Shown here: one piece after another, positions 35,383-39,650 of the stretch
How positions within the stretch are numbered: position 1 is the first letter of the stretch
How the letters are laid out: every line of letters begins with the position of its first letter
Source of the DNA: Catajapyx aquilonaris
Taxonomy: Eukaryota
Length of the DNA: 39,650 bases
NCBI GenBank assembly: GCA_000934665.2
Contig: JYFJ02003652.1
Span: 1-39,650 of the forward strand
Direction of reading: 5' to 3'
Position numbers and translations under genes: made by a program
The notes under the pieces: model-generated
Told to the model about the DNA's origin: nothing
Seen by the model: the letters and a program-made list of their open reading frames with translations, nothing else
The model's database searches: none

Positions 35383-36376
35383 GTTGGATTCAGGGGTGGT
35401 GGGGGAGAATATCGCGTAGCTGTTGGGGTCAAGGAACAGCTACTGTTAAGAACTAATATGGAACGGATAGCTCTGAATGGAAAGATGCTATTTCCTCATT
35501 CTCCCCCATGTGTTATCACTTATCAATAATTCTTAATGCTCGGTGTAATGCTTCCGTGGCACCTTTTTTTGTAGCTAAAAAGCATCACAAGATCATTTTT
35601 CAGGCTGGAATACTGTTGCATTTCCTCATGAAATAAATTCTCTCGCCATTCATATCAACTGTCTCCTTTTTGCATGCGCTGCAGAAAAATTCATATTCGC
35701 AAAATTATTATGATTGTACAGCGTAAACGAATAGAGAGTGAAACTCACAGTCAGTGCGACATTGAGAGCTTTATTTATCCCACAATACATTTTCTATGCT
35801 ATGACCGAAATTTATTATTGTTGGGTTGTGCTGTGGAATAAAGAGATTCTACACTAGTTAAAACAACATGAATTGAACAGATACAACCAAATGTCATCAG
35901 GTGCAATAAATGGATTTTCTCAGTAGGTACAGTTGCATGAGCACTGCCACATTGCCATGATAATTTTCAACAAACCTTTCAACCTTTTCATATAACCTGC
36001 ATAGCAATGTAGCAGCAAAGGAAGCAACAAACAGGAGGCAACAACTCTGCCAATGCGGTGTGCATATTTCCCTCCACTTATGTATGGCAATCTCTGCAGT
36101 CTCAAATCGCCCTGCAAACATCTCCATTAGCCTACCATAACACTTGCAACTGAATAACTATCTGGCTTTAATTACAAATCACCAGACTGACATATCAGTC
36201 CTGATGATATTGAACCAAATTAGTGCTGCTAGTTAAGAATTTGGTGAATAATGAGACTGCCTTAAATCCAATGCCCAGATGTGTGATGAATCACGCAAGA
36301 ATTCCCACAAAGTTTGAAGCAATCTTGGCATTTTTTAAAAGGGCATTATTTCTTCACTTGCAACTTGATGCTTTGC

Positions 36377-37252
36377 CTAATGCATTAATTTCATATGGCG
36401 TTGCAAGTAAGCTTTCTGGTTGAAATTTTTCCCACAAGTGCTACATTGAAAAGGCTTCTCACCTGAGTGAATTAACATATGCCGGTGCATGTCTCGTGAG
36501 TGACGAAATCTTTTCCCACAAGTGCTACATTGAAAAGGCTTCTCACCTGAGTGAATTAACATGTGCTGGTGTAAGGTTCCTGACAATGAAAATCTTTTCC
36601 CACAAGTGCTACATTCAAAAGGCTTCTCACCAGAGTGAATTAACATGTGCTGGTGTAAGTGTCCTGACCGACCAAATCTCTTGCCACAAGTGCTACATTC
36701 AAAAGGCTTCTCACCTGAGTGAAGTAACATGTGCCGGCGTAAGGTTCCTGACCGACCAAATCTTTTCCCACAAGTGGTGCAGTGAAATGGTTTCAATCCT
36801 TTGTGAATCCGAACATGACGGTGGTAAACAGAACTTGAAGAAAAACATTTTTCACACCATTTGCACTTGAATGGCCTTTCTCCTGTGTGACTCCTCCTGT
36901 GAACAACCATGTGAGACTTCCCAGCAAATTTCTTGTCACACATGTCACATGAGTAAGGCCTCACACCAAGATGGACATCCTTGAAATGCCTTTGTAAAGC
37001 CCCCTTTGTAGTATACCGCTTATCACAATCACTGCATGGGTAAGGCCCACCATCAGATCTGGGTCTTTCATGACTAGTCAACTTCTGCTTCACTTGAGTG
37101 TGTACTGATCCTGACTTCTTCTTGTTAGCTGTCTTTTCCCTTGCTTTCTTTTTCAAGCCCACACACAAATCATCTGAAGATGCAGCATCCATATGGAAGT
37201 CTCCAGTGGTTCTCGATGTATTTGTTTCAGCTGATTGCACATTGCAGTTGCC
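36377..37252 (-). CDS. G4 terminal exon: eight C2H2 zinc fingers
   Basis: ORF 36377..37240 has eight C2H2 units. Fingers 4-8 form a near-identical 84-nt tandem repeat. Confidence 0.95.
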   Translation of the reverse strand, partial: GNCNVQSAETNTSRTTGDFHMDAASSDDLCVGLKKKAREKTANKKKSGSVHTQVKQKLTSHERPRSDGGPYPCSDCDKRYTTKGALQRHFKDVHLGVRPYSCDMCDKKFAGKSHMVVHRRSHTGERPFKCKWCEKCFSSSSVYHRHVRIHKGLKPFHCTTCGKRFGRSGTLRRHMLLHSGEKPFECSTCGKRFGRSGHLHQHMLIHSGEKPFECSTCGKRFSLSGTLHQHMLIHSGEKPFQCSTCGKRFRHSRDMHRHMLIHSGEKPFQCSTCGKNFNQKAYLQRHMKLMH

Positions 37253-39325
37253 CTTTGAAAAAATTCAACATTACTACTGCACAAATTAAACACACCATCA
37301 AAAAGTTGTTCAATGATCTAATCATGGCAAACAAAATCAATGGAAATCTGGACCTTCACACCACCGCAGCTCAAAGACAATCTTGAATCAAGTGGTAGCT
37401 TAATCCAGAAAATACTCCCACCAACATAAAATAGGTCTCACAAGGGAAAGTCACGGGGTGATAATGACGAATCTTGATGAAATTTAACATGCTAATACAG
37501 GACAATATATTATGACACCCAAAAATGAAATATTTCGTGCGGAACCCCATCGCTTTCATCGCTTTATCGCTTTCATCGCTGACCACCCCTCATAGGGAAA
37601 TGTCGTGATGTTGTTGTTGTTGTTGTTGGAACCCCATATTTGCAAACGTTATGACGTCTTAAAGTTCTAAAAATAATACATTTTCATACTCCATGGAATT
37701 ACATTAGCAACCACATATAATGACATTGAAGTGTGTAATCAGTTTCTAGACCTTTTCTCATAGGAAAAAGTCCTACAGAACGGTTCTGGCCGTCCATCCG
37801 TGGCCGTCTGTGGACAGGTATCAAGGCCTAAACCGTAAGAGATAGCGACAAACGTTTTTCATATTCGGATTGAGCGCGACCAAAATAGGTTTCCTGGTCA
37901 ACTTCTGGTGACCCGCCACTTCCGGTCTTCCGGGTTCACTCTATCCGCACAAGTCTACTTTATGGGCAGGTTATCGTTGGATTTCGATGTTAGTTTCCGT
38001 GTATTCCTGACCGTGTTTTTCGAGGATTTATTCCGGGTTGTACCTCATGTGAGCGTGATTTGATGAGACCTTTTCTCATTCTTTCAGGGAGCATGTGAAT
38101 CGATATATCGTAACCTAGGCAACATATCGATTCCAGTATCGGCTTGGGCGATAACATCTTGGCAGCCGATGACGCTCATTGCAAATATGTCCAACTTCAG
38201 GAATAAATTCCACAGCCCCTGTGCCAGAGAGTCAGGTAAAACCCGGAGTAAATCCCCGAAAAACACGGTCAGGAATACACGGAAACTATAACTTAGAAAT
38301 CCAACGATAACCCCTCCCGTAAAGTAGACTTGTGCGGATAGAGTGAACCCGGAATAGACCGGAAGTGGCGGGTCACCAGAAGTTGATCATGAAACCTATT
38401 TTGGTCACGCTCAATCCGAATATGAAAACCGTTTGTCGCTATCTCTTACGGTTTAGGCCTTGATACCTGTCCACAGACGGCCACGGACGGACGACCAGAA
38501 CCGTTCTGTATCACTTTTTTCCGACATCTGAGAAAAGGTCTAGAAACTGATTACACACTTCAATGTCATTATATGTGGTCGCTAATGGAATCCCATGGAG
38601 TATGGAAATGTATTATTTTAGGAAATTTAAGACGTCATAATTTTTGCAAATATGGGGTTCCGCACGAAATATTTCATTTTTGGGTATCATATATTGTCCT
38701 GTATTAGCATGTTAAATTTCATCAAGATCCGTCATTATCACCCCGTGACCTTCCCTTGTCAGCATAATTATGTTCAAGTCTGATCTGCCAAAATCAGCAG
38801 CTCATCTTTGAACAGCGGTACACCCAAAATTCCAAGAGAACAGCCACATGATGGACAGGTGTAGAAGACATACATTTCCACTTGTTGGGCTCTCTTTCAG
38901 TTAAATATTTCAACTTTCAACTGTGAAGCCATTGGCCTTTAACTATTGGACAGCATTTGCCTAGGTATTTTAGTCAGCTAGGTCACAATCAGTGTTGACT
39001 ATGAACACAGCTGATAATGTTTTATGGGTTGATCTGGTTATCCGGTTTTGCCACATTCCATCTTCTTCCCTCTCATCACCTCAGATATGTGAACCACGAA
39101 CTGCCTTAGGTGTCAGAAATAACTCACCCATCCCCTAAAGACAAATTGCAACCTTAAATGGCTCCTAATTAATTTGGCAAAACCCACCTTTCCTCTTCGA
39201 TTCTTCCTCTTCAAGACAGCACAGGCCTTGTCATCTGAGCGACTTGGAGGAATATACTCATCCCCAGAGTCACTCAAATCAGAAAAGGACTGATCATGGT
39301 CCTCCTTGTCCTCATAAACAGGAGT
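36377..39325 (-). CDS. ZnF-family paralog G4, 3' part (acidic/NLS exon plus terminal exon)
   Basis: Exons 39325-39188 (TPVYEDK...KRKNRRGK, 138 nt) and 37252-36377. Both junctions are phase 0 and canonical. Upstream exons lie beyond the window. Confidence 0.85.
37441..38758. mobile_element. 1.3-kb foldback element with about 500-bp TIRs and 3-bp TSD
   Basis: CAAGGGAA(A/G)GTCACGGGGTGATAATGACG inverted at both ends; TSD TCA. The empty site ggtcTCAggataatt is in G2 at about 13169-13183. Confidence 0.9.
37551..37627 (+). mobile_element. Extremely 5'-truncated RTE insertion
   Basis: Matches the 3' end of the LINE at about 25896-25947; (GTT)n tail; 10-bp TSD GGAACCCCAT. Confidence 0.85.
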
Positions 39326-39497
39326 CTGCAACATATATAGAATCAATGATAAAGAGGATCTAAATCCACTCAATCCTTTGCTACTAGTGATGGACTAGGG
39401 ATGTGCTTATTAAGTTCTTAATGACCCACATAAATTTATACAAATAAAATATGCCACATAATTACGTATTGTAGCAATAATGACGACCTGCTTATAT

Positions 39498-39650
39498 ACG
39501 AGGGAGGGTCAAAAAGTTATCTACCTAGGTATGAAGGACATGTGTTACAACTCTCATTTTTTTTCGATGTAATCTCCCTTCATCTCAATGCATTTGCGTC
39601 ATTTGTCTGAAAGTGATCCGATCCCACCTGAAAAAAATTCCAAAGTTTGG
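39498..39650. mobile_element. One end of a probable mariner-type element
   Basis: TA-CGAGGGAGGGTCAAAAAG resembles mariner TIR starts, and homology to the paralogous intron stops shortly before. The other end is outside the window. Confidence 0.5.

Noticed and set aside
36496..36870. 124-aa repetitive plus-strand ORF
   Set aside because: Antisense shadow of the 84-bp finger repeat.

Overview
Eukaryotic (probably arthropod) genomic DNA, not prokaryotic. The backbone is a head-to-tail tandem array of paralogous, multi-exon C2H2 zinc-finger genes on the minus strand. I reconstructed them from GT-AG sites and exon phases conserved across copies. G1 (ATG 9539; 5 exons seen, remainder presumably beyond position 1). 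G2 (21442-11796; 9 exons, open 627-aa frame, 6 fingers). G3 (35258-27641; frameshifts and a stop, 5 fingers, probable pseudogene). G4 (last 2 exons only, 39325-36377; 8 fingers). A decayed fifth zinc-finger remnant lies at about 10.5-11.2 kb. The architecture is: a short N-terminal helical domain ending in W-A-W-C-G-G-C, which I cannot match to KRAB, SCAN, BTB or ZAD; modular acidic linker exons; an acidic/NLS exon; and one terminal finger exon whose DNA-contact residues differ between paralogs. A conserved 10-codon uORF precedes the three visible start exons. Introns and spacers are packed with often nested transposons: Helitrons, mariner, piggyBac-, hAT-, P- and PIF-like MITEs, tRNA-derived SINEs and LINE fragments. 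Many insertion boundaries can be confirmed against the empty site in a paralog. The best candidate for an undescribed system is a KRAB-ZFP-like, birth-and-death zinc-finger family with a possibly novel N-terminal module. All gene models and family assignments are by eye and need RNA-seq and HMM confirmation.
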